54,643 bases of DNA from Desulfuromonas sp. (GTDB lineage: Bacteria; Desulfobacterota; Desulfuromonadia; Desulfuromonadales; Geopsychrobacteraceae). The notes under the pieces are model-generated. The model did no database searches, was not told where the DNA came from, and saw nothing but the letters and a program-made list of their open reading frames with translations. How positions within the stretch are numbered: the first letter of the stretch is position 1; each line of letters begins with the position of its first letter. Location of the stretch: the NCBI GenBank assembly GCA_002869665.1, contig PKUG01000183.1:1-54643 (forward strand). Reading direction: 5' to 3'. This document shows positions 28,062 to 36,945 of the stretch, in pieces. A program made the translations under genes and the position numbers.

Positions 28062-29153
28062 TTAAAAAAGTGAATCGATCAGGGTGAAATCGAGTTCGTC
28101 TTCCGCCAGCTGCTGAATCAGGGCGATCTTTTCCTCGTCATCGGCCCTGATCTTGGCCACGTCTTCCTGAATGGTCGTGTAAATCTGCGCCATCGTCCGG
28201 TCCAGACGCAGATAGGGGATGCCGCCATCGTCCAGGACCCGCTGCACCACCGCAGAAAGCGGCGTCCGGCCGTTGATCACCAACCCGGCCAGTTTGTGCT
28301 TGTACTCGGGGAGATGGTAAAGGGTGGCCAGCATGACGATCACCTCGTCGCGACTGCTCGGAACGATCACCAGGGTCGACTCCAGCAGCAGGTCAACGAT
28401 CCGTTGGGTCGCAGCAGCCCCCAACTGAACATTATGAACAATCCGCCGCGCCTGGGCAGCGTCGGCCTTGAGGTCCGACTTGAGCAGTTCGGCGAGGTGA
28501 GTCATGGTCGGATCGGCGAGGATCGGAGAGTAATTGAAACCACCGAGGACTTCAATTTTCGGGTCGAGGAACGCCAGCTGCAGATAGCGCAAGGAGGCTT
28601 CGCGTTTGCTCTTGGACAGTTTATTCGGCAGGATCAGCCGCACTTCGGCGCCGGTTTCACGATAGAGGGCCAGATTCAGGTGCAGGGCATCGATGACACT
28701 TCCGACGCCACCACCGGCGACCATCAGTACCGGCGCGTCCAGTGTCCGTGCCAGTTGCGCGTTGTTCAACCCCATCACCGAGCCGACACCGCTGTGCCCG
28801 GCCCCCTCAATGATGAGAAAATCGCACTGCTTCTCCAGCTCCGCCGTTGCCTGCACAATCTGCTCAAGGTAATGCTCCGGCCGGCCGCGCCCTTCAAGGG
28901 TATCGCGGGTCGTATGGGCATCGAGCACCACCGGGGACATCAGCTCAAGCTTGTCGTCCATACCGTAAACATGGGAGATCAACGCCGTATCCACGTCGAC
29001 GGCGCGGCCGAGGTAGGAGGTCCGTTTCGGGCCGAAGGGCTTGATGAAACCGATCCGGGGGTATTTTTTTCGGGCGAGATGTAGCAGGGAGAGGCTGGTC
29101 GTAGTTTTTCCGCTGTGCTGACCGGTTGCCGCAATAAAGATTTTCTTGCACAT
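28062..29153 (-). CDS. BioD/CobQ-like P-loop + DRTGG domain protein, equivalent to the N-terminal regulatory half of phosphotransacetylase without the catalytic PTA_PTB domain
   Basis: The P-loop reads IFIAATGQHSGKTTTSLSL, followed by FLIIEGAGHSGVG and a C-terminal DRTGG-like segment LVIVPSSRDEVIVM. The start is at MCKKIF (ATG 29153). Confidence 0.65.
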   Translation of the reverse strand: MCKKIFIAATGQHSGKTTTSLSLLHLARKKYPRIGFIKPFGPKRTSYLGRAVDVDTALISHVYGMDDKLELMSPVVLDAHTTRDTLEGRGRPEHYLEQIVQATAELEKQCDFLIIEGAGHSGVGSVMGLNNAQLARTLDAPVLMVAGGGVGSVIDALHLNLALYRETGAEVRLILPNKLSKSKREASLRYLQLAFLDPKIEVLGGFNYSPILADPTMTHLAELLKSDLKADAAQARRIVHNVQLGAAATQRIVDLLLESTLVIVPSSRDEVIVMLATLYHLPEYKHKLAGLVINGRTPLSAVVQRVLDDGGIPYLRLDRTMAQIYTTIQEDVAKIRADDEEKIALIQQLAEDELDFTLIDSLF

Positions 29154-29340
29154 GCCCAGCTCCTGAAAAAAACAAACCGCCAGGGAACCCATCCCCCGAA
29201 CATAAAAAAACCCGCCTTCGGGAAAAAGTCGGGGCAGTCATTTTCCGGGAAATTCCTGAAGAAACAGCCCGAGTTTCCCGTTCCCACACAATGCTTACGC
29301 TGTCTGAGAAGATAACAAAAGCCACCCGGCAGGTATAGAA

Positions 29341-29376
29341 AAAAAGGGCAGCAGCGTCCCGGCGCTGCTGCCCTTT
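29341..29376 (-). terminator. Rho-independent terminator after the CoA-binding protein gene
   Basis: Minus strand: AAAGGGCAGCAGCG CCGGGA CGCTGCTGCCCTTTTT. Confidence 0.75.
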
Positions 29377-29412
29377 AAGCAATCGTTTCACGTGTCGCGG
29401 ACGACCGGGAAA

Positions 29413-29817
29413 TCAGTGCTCGTGATAGCCAAGAACCACCAGCAGGCAGCTGCCATCGGCGATCACGTTAAGCCCCTGTTCCTCACAATACTTGACCGCA
29501 GTCGGGCTCTCCGCTCCGGGCTGCATCCAGATATTCTTGATCCCCTTTGCCGCCGCCTGCTCAACCACCTTTTCGGTCACCCGCGGCGGAGTGATAATCG
29601 AGATGCTTTCGACTTCATCCGGCAGATCCGTAACCGAAGCAACACAGTCCAGATCCTCAATCTCCAACTCGAGCGGGTGAACAGGAATAACCTTGCGCCC
29701 GTTCATCTGGTAACAACGCAGGCACTTGTTGCCGTACTTGCTGCGATTGGATGAAGCACCAACCACTGCGAATGCCGGTGATGCAAGAAATTGTTCGATC
29801 TGCTGGTCAATCGTCAT
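29413..29817 (-). CDS. CoA-binding domain protein (YccU/YneT family)
   Basis: FAVVGASSNRSKYGNK..., IWMQPGAES; 134 aa. Confidence 0.85.
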   Translation of the reverse strand: MTIDQQIEQFLASPAFAVVGASSNRSKYGNKCLRCYQMNGRKVIPVHPLELEIEDLDCVASVTDLPDEVESISIITPPRVTEKVVEQAAAKGIKNIWMQPGAESPTAVKYCEEQGLNVIADGSCLLVVLGYHEH

Positions 29818-29917
29818 GGCTCTCTCCTTGGCTAACTCTGAGGGGGGAATCTATACATTCATAAATCTATATATATCGCCCTCGGCTGTCCAGTGGCTTT
29901 CAGCATCTCGGAAAAGT

Positions 29918-30376
29918 TTATTCTCCAGAATCGGCTGCTCGCGTAATTTCAGACCGCGCCAGTTCGTCGCAACGCTCGTTCTCCTCGTGTCCGGCGTGCC
30001 CCTTCACCCAGACCCATTCAACCTGGTGCTTCGCCGTCAGCTCCAGCAGCCGTTCCCAAAGATCCCGATTGGCCACCTCTTCTTTTTTGGAATTCTTCCA
30101 CCCTTTTTTCTGCCAGCCGGCGATCCACTCGGTCATCCCCTTGACCAGGTACTGGGAGTCGGTCGTCAGGCGCACCCGGCAGGGTTCCTTCAATGCTTCG
30201 AGCCCACTGATCGCACCGAGCAACTCCATCCGGTTGTTGGTCGTTTCCGGAGCGTAGCCAGAAAGCTCACGAACGTGCTCGCCAAAGCGCAGGATAGTGC
30301 CGTAGCCGCCGGGGCCGGGATTACCGGAACAGGCTCCGTCGGAGAAAATCTCGACATATTTCTGAGGCGTTGACAT
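29918..30376 (-). CDS. rnhA: Ribonuclease HI
   Basis: [30 protein letters not shown] and [18 protein letters not shown] are present. Confidence 0.95.
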   Translation of the reverse strand: MSTPQKYVEIFSDGACSGNPGPGGYGTILRFGEHVRELSGYAPETTNNRMELLGAISGLEALKEPCRVRLTTDSQYLVKGMTEWIAGWQKKGWKNSKKEEVANRDLWERLLELTAKHQVEWVWVKGHAGHEENERCDELARSEITRAADSGE

Positions 30377-30395
30377 GTTTGCTACCTTAAACGCA

Positions 30396-30432
30396 AACAG
30401 CCTCTTTCACAACTGAAAGAGGCTGTTGTTTT
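30396..30432 (-). terminator. Hairpin between tRNA-Glu and rnhA
   Basis: AACAGCCTCTTTC ACAACT GAAAGAGGCTGTT lies immediately 3-prime of the tRNA. The U-tract on the minus strand is weak (TGCGTTT), whereas a T5 run follows on the plus strand. Confidence 0.45.
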
Positions 30433-30510
30433 TGGCGTCCCCAGGGGGATTCGAACCCCCGTCGCCGGCGTGAAAGGCCGGTGTCCTGGGCCAGGCTAGA
30501 CGATAGGGAC
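30433..30510 (-). tRNA. tRNA-Glu (anticodon UUC), CCA encoded
   Basis: Minus strand: GTCCCTATCGTCTAGCCTGGCCCAGGACACCGGCCTTTCACGCCGGCGACGGGGGTTCGAATCCCCCTGGGGACGCCA. It forms a cloverleaf with anticodon stem CCGGC/GCCGG, loop CTTTCAC and a GTTCGAATC T-loop. Confidence 0.92.
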
Positions 30511-30543
30511 CTGAGACAACCGCACTGTGGTGCGGGAGAACGT

Positions 30544-30572
30544 TTAATACCCAAAGCGCTGAAAAGTTGCAA
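30544..30572 (-). promoter_or_regulatory. Candidate sigma-70 promoter of tRNA-Glu
   Basis: Minus strand: TTGCAA, a 17-nt spacer, then TATTAA, about 30 nt upstream of the mature tRNA 5-prime end. Confidence 0.45.
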
Positions 30573-30719
30573 GCAAAAAGTTACGGCAAGGAGCGCTCGC
30601 CTGGAAAAGAAAATCTTTTCGACCGTATTTTCTCCCCCGGCTCACCGAATTGCGGGACACGGAGCCATGGCAACGATTCACTTCACCTTCGCAGCATCGA
30701 AAACCTCAAGAGCAGAAGC

Positions 30720-31832
30720 TCAAATGCCGGCCAGACGGTTGAGCATGATGATGTTGTTGATTTTCTGATAATCGTAAAATGCCTCGTCTGAATCACGCAG
30801 AAGGATTTTCTTGCGCAATGCTTTCAACCTTGGCTCATCGTTCTCCGTACTATAGATACCCATGGCCTCGTAGCTCCCCTCCTCCCCCTCGGAGTCGAGC
30901 AGGACAGTGTATGCGCTCAGGAAAGCGTCGGCTGACGTTATTTTCTTCCCGGCGAAATCGGCAACAGCGGCCTTCATCGTCGCCATGTTATCCAGGGTCT
31001 CGTGAGCAAATATCAACAACTGCTCATCTTTTTCCTTCTCCGTGATCTCTTCGAAGACACTCTTCATCCGGGACAAATCCAAAATATTTTTTTCGAGAGA
31101 ACTCAAAATAATCCCTCTAAGCTCTCTATCATCTTCAACCCAATAGCGCTCCAGCAAATGGGAGGTGGCTTCGGGTGCAATGAGCCAATGGCCCAGAACA
31201 TTTATTGCGTTGGCTCTCACATTCCGGTTCTCGCTGTTAATGTGCTCAATCAGAAACGAGGTCGCCGGATCGCCCATTTTCCCGAAGACGAGGATCGACT
31301 GCCAATAGTACTGATTCGGATCTTTCTCGAGAATTTCTTCTGTGAATGGCAAAACGGCTTCACACTGCATCTGCCCCAGCAAATTCATAAGATCGAAGCG
31401 CGCTTCACCATCCTCGCTGCCTTGCAATTCTGCCAGCAGGAAATCTTCTGCCGGTTTTCCGCCGATCACGGCAAGAGCATACAGACAATTGCTCTTGACC
31501 AGATCTGAACTGCTCTGCCGATAGACATCCTGAATCGGCTTGACCGCAGTCTGGCTCTTCGCCAATCCCAGAGCCCAGACATAAACCGCCAGTTGATTAT
31601 CGCTGGTGCTATCGCTACCGAGCTTGGAAAGCAGGGCGACCGCAACGGGCTGCGGATTCTCTTCAATCATTTCCACAACAGATTGACCGAGCGCCGGATC
31701 TATCGTCTCATCGCTGGTCGCCATGAGCTCAATTTTATCCAGAATATCAATTGTCTGGTTCTCTGCCAGGGCCGACAAAGACAGTAATGCTGTCAGCATG
31801 AGAGCGACAAGCAGGGCAAAAGACTTCTTCAT
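30720..31832 (-). CDS. Secreted HEAT-repeat protein
   Basis: The signal peptide reads MKKSFALLVALMLTALLSLSALA, followed by repeated helical HEAT/PBS-lyase-like units (..VRANAINVLG.., ..ALAVIGG..). Confidence 0.55.
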   Translation of the reverse strand: MKKSFALLVALMLTALLSLSALAENQTIDILDKIELMATSDETIDPALGQSVVEMIEENPQPVAVALLSKLGSDSTSDNQLAVYVWALGLAKSQTAVKPIQDVYRQSSSDLVKSNCLYALAVIGGKPAEDFLLAELQGSEDGEARFDLMNLLGQMQCEAVLPFTEEILEKDPNQYYWQSILVFGKMGDPATSFLIEHINSENRNVRANAINVLGHWLIAPEATSHLLERYWVEDDRELRGIILSSLEKNILDLSRMKSVFEEITEKEKDEQLLIFAHETLDNMATMKAAVADFAGKKITSADAFLSAYTVLLDSEGEEGSYEAMGIYSTENDEPRLKALRKKILLRDSDEAFYDYQKINNIIMLNRLAGI

Positions 31833-32162
31833 TATGATTTCTCCCTTGTATTGTTCGAGCACGTTGTCCGCTTCAATCATTTAGCCATAACAGCAAACAG
31901 GATCGCCGTCAAAAGAAGTGGCGGCATTCTAAACCGGAAAGCAAAAAAGCCATCAGTGGACTGTTCCGACCGATAGCTTTGCAGCGAATGACCTCACCGT
32001 GCAATCCCCGATAGAATTTAGGTTTGCGCTCTTATAACAGCTTTCCCCCAGATCCTCAAGAATTCACGGGAAAACAGAAGGAGATACAGAAGATGTATTC
32101 TCGCCGCCAACGTCAGAGGGAACCAACGGAAGGGTTGAATCAGGGGTAGTAAAGAAAAGGCA

Positions 32163-32190
32163 CGCCGGGCGCCTTTGCCCGGGAGTCTTG
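32163..32190 (-). terminator. Possible terminator after the cowN-like gene
   Basis: Minus strand: CCGGGC AAAGGC GCCCGG followed by CGTGCCTTTTCTTT. Confidence 0.4.
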
Positions 32191-32216
32191 CGTGTGTGAG
32201 GGGAGGGAAAAATGAT

Positions 32217-32513
32217 TCAGCAGCACTCGACTTCAATCTTGTGAAGCAGCGCCAGCGCTTCTTCGTCTTCCATCTCTTCAAAATACTCAAAGAGATTGTT
32301 GATATAACTGTGAATCAGAAACAGGTAGTCCTTGCCCGATTTACCGCTCTCGCAATCGGCCAGCATCTGCTTATACTTCTCCCAGAACGGGTTGGTCTTT
32401 TCCGGATCATCGATATGACGGCGCAGCATGCGGATCAATTCGGTGCTGTTCTTTTCCTCTTCGATCCCCTTGAACGAGACATAACGGTCCGATTTCTGCC
32501 CGGTTTGGTTCAT
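32217..32513 (-). CDS. cowN: CowN-like protein (N2-fixation sustaining protein, protects nitrogenase from CO)
   Basis: The 98-aa ORF has [10 protein letters not shown] near the N-terminus, [15 protein letters not shown], and an acidic helical C-terminus. This is my recollection of the CowN family signature and has not been checked by search. Confidence 0.5.
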   Translation of the reverse strand: MNQTGQKSDRYVSFKGIEEEKNSTELIRMLRRHIDDPEKTNPFWEKYKQMLADCESGKSGKDYLFLIHSYINNLFEYFEEMEDEEALALLHKIEVECC

Positions 32514-32744
32514 TGGTACTCCTTTTGAAGAAATTGATTTTCCACTCTACAACTCTCTCCCATTCATCCATCATGACAGAGAAAACTCAGCCAAGCGGAA
32601 AAAAATCCTGACCGGTGGCAAAACCATAGCAACCGGCGAAAATTAGAGCAAGTCAACCATCGGCTCAAAACTGCGCAAGAATCGGGTTGGCGCGCTTTCA
32701 ACGACAGTGGTAATTTCAGAATCAGGAGAGATAAAGGAGCAGAG

Positions 32745-33578
32745 ATGACGGACTATCAGCTGATCGCCGCAGCAATAAACTTTATCCGGGAGAACCGGCT
32801 CGCCCAGCCGCCGCTGGAGGAGATTGCCCGGCACATCGGCCTGAGTCCGTATCACGTCCAGCGTCTGTTCAAACGCTACGCCGGGGTCAGCCCGAAGCGT
32901 TTCCTCCAGCACCTCACCGGAGAACACGCCAAACAGCTGCTACGCAGCTCGGCCTCGGTGCTGGACGTGAGCTTCGCTGTCGGCCTCAGCGGCTCCGGTC
33001 GTCTGCACGATCTATTGATCAGCGTCGAAGCTGTCACCCCCGGCGAATACAAGGCCGCTGGTGATGGCGTGGAGATCCGCTACGGGCGCCACGCCACCCC
33101 CTTCGGCGATTGCCTGATCGCCGTCACCGGTCGCGGCATCTGCCGTCTGGAATTTTTCGATTCGGATAGTTCGGACGACCTCGTCGCCAGGCTGCGCCAG
33201 GAGTGGCCCGGAGCAAAAATCAGGGAAGATGCAGTGGCCACCGGGATTAGTATCGACAGGATTTTTTCCGCAGCAGGAAAAACGGATGGGCAAAGTCTTC
33301 CCCTGCAACTCAAGGGGACCAACTTCCAGTTGAAGGTCTGGCAGGCGCTGCTCAACATCCCGCCGGGGTGCATCACCAGCTACGGCGATCTGGCCGAGCG
33401 GATCGGTCATCCCGGTGCCAGCCGCGCAGTCGGCACCGCCATCGGCAGCAACCCGATCGGTTACCTGATCCCCTGCCACCGCGTGCTGCGCGGCGACGGC
33501 GGAATCGGCGGCTACCGTTGGGGGGAAGAGCGTAAGCTGGCGATTCTGGAAAGAGAATTCGGTAGGCACAAACCTTAA
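32745..33578 (+). CDS. AraC-type HTH fused to O6-alkylguanine-DNA alkyltransferase (Ada/Ogt-like)
   Basis: The AraC HTH reads LEEIARHIGLSPYHVQRLFKRYAGVSPKRF. The MGMT active site reads IPCHRVLRGDGGIGGYRWG. Confidence 0.88.
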   Translation: MTDYQLIAAAINFIRENRLAQPPLEEIARHIGLSPYHVQRLFKRYAGVSPKRFLQHLTGEHAKQLLRSSASVLDVSFAVGLSGSGRLHDLLISVEAVTPGEYKAAGDGVEIRYGRHATPFGDCLIAVTGRGICRLEFFDSDSSDDLVARLRQEWPGAKIREDAVATGISIDRIFSAAGKTDGQSLPLQLKGTNFQLKVWQALLNIPPGCITSYGDLAERIGHPGASRAVGTAIGSNPIGYLIPCHRVLRGDGGIGGYRWGEERKLAILEREFGRHKP

Positions 33579-33599
33579 GGGCGCGATGAATCGCGCCCC
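33579..33599. repeat. REP-like palindrome type A (GGGCGCGATGAATCGCGCCCC) between convergent genes
   Basis: GGGCGCGAT GAA TCGCGCCC. The same element recurs at 38665, 38736 and 41484. Confidence 0.85.
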
Positions 33600-33603
33600 T
33601 GCA

Positions 33604-34206
33604 TCATTTTTCAACCAATTGTTGCCAGAGTCGATCGACCTGGGCAATGGTTGCCGCAAAATCCCCCGAGTTGTCGATCACATCATCGGCCCGCGCCAGT
33701 TTTTCCTCCTGTGCCATCTGGGCGGCGATCCGTTTTTGCGCCTCTGCGGTTGTCGAACCGTCGCGCAGCTTCAAACGCTTGAGCTGCTGTTGCGGATCGA
33801 TCTTCACCACCAGCACCCGGTCGACCCGTCCTTCGGCGCCAGCTTCGAACAGCAGTGGGGCTTCGTAGATCACCAGCGGGATGTCGTCGCGCCGCCGTAA
33901 CTCCTCAAGGCGCGCCACCGCCAGCGCGCCGATGGCCGGATGGATGATGGCGTTCAGGCGGTTACGGGCAGCGGCATCGGAAAAGATGATCTCCCCCAGG
34001 CGGTCCCGGTCGAGATGACCGTCGGCTTGCAGGATTCCCTCACCAAACTCCCCGACCAGAGCGGCCAAAGTCGGACTCCCCGGCTCGACGACCTCGCGCG
34101 CCAACTGATCGGCGTCAACAATCACCGCACCGAGGCGTTCGAACTCGCGGGCGACGCTGCTTTTTCCCGAGGCGATATTTCCGGTGATTCCCAGGACCAG
34201 GGGCAT
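33604..34206 (-). CDS. coaE: Dephospho-CoA kinase
   Basis: MPLVLGITGNIASGKSS P-loop, and the length is typical of CoaE. The start is at ATG 34206. Confidence 0.9.
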   Translation of the reverse strand: MPLVLGITGNIASGKSSVAREFERLGAVIVDADQLAREVVEPGSPTLAALVGEFGEGILQADGHLDRDRLGEIIFSDAAARNRLNAIIHPAIGALAVARLEELRRRDDIPLVIYEAPLLFEAGAEGRVDRVLVVKIDPQQQLKRLKLRDGSTTAEAQKRIAAQMAQEEKLARADDVIDNSGDFAATIAQVDRLWQQLVEK

Positions 34207-34256
34207 GTTGATCTCCTGAAAACTTGATTTAAACGGCCGGCTGACATACAAAATCA

Positions 34257-34298
34257 GTATCGGTATCGGTATCGGTATCGGTATCGGTATCGGCTTCT
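34257..34298. repeat. Hexanucleotide microsatellite (GTATCG) x7
   Basis: Perfect tandem copies lie in the coaE/methyltransferase divergent spacer. Confidence 0.95.
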
Positions 34299-34405
34299 AG
34301 CCTGATAAACTCGAACCCTATTCCGCTAGCGATAGCAATTTATTGCTGGAGCGGAGATACCGGATAACCCGCGCAGTTTATCATTCCCACTCCGGGGAAA
34401 CCAGC

Positions 34406-35221
34406 ATGAGCACCCCTTCAGCCACAGACTACGACTTCAGCCGCTGCAAGCTCTGCGGTAAGCCAGCTAAACCATTCGCCGAGATCCCGGGTGGACAGCT
34501 CTACGCCTGCGGCGCCTGCGACCTGCACTATCTCGACCACATTGACGGCGAGGAGGCCGGGGCCGACGCCCCGCTGTCGGACAAGGCGCGCCGCTACATC
34601 GAACTGCGCAGCGATGAGAGCGCCCTGCTCCACCCGAGCCGCGCTGAATTGGTGCGCCGCACGGCCGGCGACCCGCCATGCAGACTGCTCGACATCGGCG
34701 CCGGAATCGGCCAGTTCCAACTGTTGATGAATGAGGAAGGGTATTCAACCAACGGCATCGAACCGAGCGCCCTGCGCCGCGGCTATGCGGCCGAAACGTT
34801 TAACCTGCAGCTCTCGGACCAGCCGGTCGATGCCCACTTCTGGCAGGATAACTTCGCTGCAGCCTTCGACCTGATCACCCTGTGGGATGTCATCGAGCAT
34901 GTCAACTTTCCGCGCCAACTGCTCCGGGCCGCCGTCAACCTGCTCAAACCAGGCGGATTGCTGCTGCTCGACACCCCGAACCGCGACGGCCTCTCCTACC
35001 GCCTCAGCTGCAGCGCAGCACGCCTGAGCGGCGGCAAGCTCAGCCTCTTCCTCGGCAACTTCTACTCCGCCGCCCCCTTCGGCCACAAACAGATCTTCAC
35101 CCCGGCCCAGCTCGACAGCCTGTTCACCGATCTCGGACTGGAGGTCATCCACCGCGCGGCATCCTACGGCCGTAATCCGCACAAGGGGGACAAGATTATT
35201 CTTTGCGGGAGGAAGAAATAA
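34406..35221 (+). CDS. Class I SAM-dependent methyltransferase with an N-terminal zinc-ribbon
   Basis: The CxxC..CxxC motif reads CKLCGKPA...YACGACDL. SAM motif I reads LLDIGAGIGQF, and DVIEHV is also present. Confidence 0.8.
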   Translation: MSTPSATDYDFSRCKLCGKPAKPFAEIPGGQLYACGACDLHYLDHIDGEEAGADAPLSDKARRYIELRSDESALLHPSRAELVRRTAGDPPCRLLDIGAGIGQFQLLMNEEGYSTNGIEPSALRRGYAAETFNLQLSDQPVDAHFWQDNFAAAFDLITLWDVIEHVNFPRQLLRAAVNLLKPGGLLLLDTPNRDGLSYRLSCSAARLSGGKLSLFLGNFYSAAPFGHKQIFTPAQLDSLFTDLGLEVIHRAASYGRNPHKGDKIILCGRKK

Positions 35222-35222
35222 T

Positions 35223-35344
35223 AGGTTCAAGGCAAAAGGAATAAGGTTAAAGGATAATCAAAAGCTGATCCGCAACCGGCAGACTCCTGAACCCTGCGAT
35301 TTCGCTCTTTGGACCTTGAACCTTTAACCTTGTTCCTTGAACCT
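35223..35344. repeat. Long imperfect inverted repeat (AGGTTCAAGG..AAGGTTAAAGG / CCTTTAACCTT..CCTTGAACCT) between convergent genes
   Basis: The left arm (35223-35253) and right arm (35321-35344) pair as 10 + 11 bp around a bulge. The right arm overlaps the glpK stop. Confidence 0.7.
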
Positions 35345-36833
35345 AGTGTCCCTCCAACACCCGCGAAACCGCCTTGCGCCAACCTTTGAGCAGGGCGTCG
35401 CGGTCAACTTGTTCGATCCGCGGCTCATAGAGAGCGTCACGTTGCCATTGCTTGGCGATGTCGGCGAAGGAGTCGTAGAGCCCGAGTTGCAGACCGGCCA
35501 GATAGGCGGCGCCTAGGGCCGTGGTTTCGGTGATGCGCGGGCGTTCGACCGGTACCCCGAGGAGATCGGCGAGAAACTGGAGGAACCAGTTGTTGGCCGT
35601 CATCCCGCCGTCGACGCGCAACCCCTTGGAGGCCGCGGAGCTGTCCCCCTGCATCGCCGCCATCAGGTCATGGGTCTGGTAGCCGATCGATTCAAGCGTT
35701 GCGCGGACGATTTCGGCGATGCCGGTATCGCGGGTCAGGCCGAAGATCGCCCCACGGGCGTGCGGGTCCCAGTGCGGCGCACCCAGGCCGGTAAAGGCCG
35801 GAACCATGTAAACCCCCTTGTTCGATTCCAGCTGGCGTGCCAGCCCTTCGACCTCCCCCGCCGAGCTGATCAGCCGGATGCCGTCGCGAATCCATTGAAT
35901 CGCCGCCCCGGCAACAAAAATCGAGCCTTCGATAGCGTAGTCGGTGCGCTCACCGACCTGAAAGGCGATGGTCGTCAGCAGCCGGTTCTGCGAGCGATGG
36001 GCCGTCGCGCCGGTATTGAGCAGCACGAAACAGCCGGTACCGTAGGTGCTCTTGATCATCCCCGGCTCGAAACAGGCCTGGCCGATGGCCGCCGCCTGCT
36101 GATCCCCGGCGATCCCGGCGATCGGCAGAGCAACCCCGAACAATTTTTCATCGCTCATGCCGAACTCTGCCGCACACCCTTTGACCTGCGGCAGCATCTT
36201 TTCCGGAATCCGGAACAGTTCGAGCAGCTCCTCGTCCCACTGGCGTGAATGAATGTTGTAGAGCATGGTGCGCGAGGCGTTGGTGGCGTCGGTAGCATGG
36301 ACCGACCCGCCGGTCAAACGCCAGAGGATGAAGCTGTCGATGGTGCCGAACGCGAGCCGCCCCGCTTCGGCGTCACTTCTGGCGCCGGCGACGTTGTCGA
36401 GAAGCCAGTTCAGCTTGGTGGCGGAGAAATAGGGATCGAGCAGCAGCCCGGTCCTGGCGGCGACATCCTCCTCGCGCCCTTCGGCCTTGAGCCGGGCGCA
36501 GAGGTCAGCGGTGCGCCGGTCCTGCCAGACGATGGCGTTGTAGACCGGTCGCCCGGTGATCCGGTCCCAGACCAGGGTCGTCTCCCGCTGGTTGGTGATG
36601 CCGATGCCGACAACCTCGATACCGCGCTCGCGGGCCTGCTCCAGAGCGCTGCGACAGACGGCGACGACCGAGTTCCAGATATCCTCCGGGTTGTGTTCGA
36701 CCCAGCCGTCATGCGGGTAGTACTGGGGAAATTCCTGCTGGGCAACAATGACGCAGCTTCCGGTTTCGGAGAAGATCATCGCCCGCGAACTGGTGGTGCC
36801 CTGATCGATGGCCAGAATGTGTCGTTCGTTCAT
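35343..36833 (-). CDS. glpK: Glycerol kinase
   Basis: [16 protein letters not shown] and [12 protein letters not shown] are present, and the full-length FGGY pattern is intact. Confidence 0.96.
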   Translation of the reverse strand: MNERHILAIDQGTTSSRAMIFSETGSCVIVAQQEFPQYYPHDGWVEHNPEDIWNSVVAVCRSALEQARERGIEVVGIGITNQRETTLVWDRITGRPVYNAIVWQDRRTADLCARLKAEGREEDVAARTGLLLDPYFSATKLNWLLDNVAGARSDAEAGRLAFGTIDSFILWRLTGGSVHATDATNASRTMLYNIHSRQWDEELLELFRIPEKMLPQVKGCAAEFGMSDEKLFGVALPIAGIAGDQQAAAIGQACFEPGMIKSTYGTGCFVLLNTGATAHRSQNRLLTTIAFQVGERTDYAIEGSIFVAGAAIQWIRDGIRLISSAGEVEGLARQLESNKGVYMVPAFTGLGAPHWDPHARGAIFGLTRDTGIAEIVRATLESIGYQTHDLMAAMQGDSSAASKGLRVDGGMTANNWFLQFLADLLGVPVERPRITETTALGAAYLAGLQLGLYDSFADIAKQWQRDALYEPRIEQVDRDALLKGWRKAVSRVLEGH

Positions 36834-36871
36834 CGCAACCTCCCTCACTTGCAACAGCATAACAAGAGACT

Positions 36872-36900
36872 GAAAACAGACGTGCTTTTCATTGTATAAT
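36872..36900 (+). promoter_or_regulatory. Candidate promoter of glpD (perfect -10, weak -35)
   Basis: TATAAT lies at 36895-36900 and is preceded by TG. The -35 region is only GAAAAC. Confidence 0.25.
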
Positions 36901-36945
36901 ATTTCAGCGTAGAGACCTGCAAGGAAAGAACGACGGGGAGACGGG

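Noticed and set aside
30433-30510. A functional link between tRNA-Glu and hemA, since glutamyl-tRNA is the HemA substrate.
   Set aside because: The two loci are 26 kb apart with unrelated genes in between, so there is no evidence of co-regulation. The tRNA is a normal elongator-type tRNA-Glu(UUC).
32093-32149. 18-codon mini-ORF (MYSRRQRQREPTEGLNQG) with an AAGGAG RBS.
   Set aside because: It lies on the strand opposite to both neighbouring genes, with no downstream gene to regulate. It is probably a chance occurrence.
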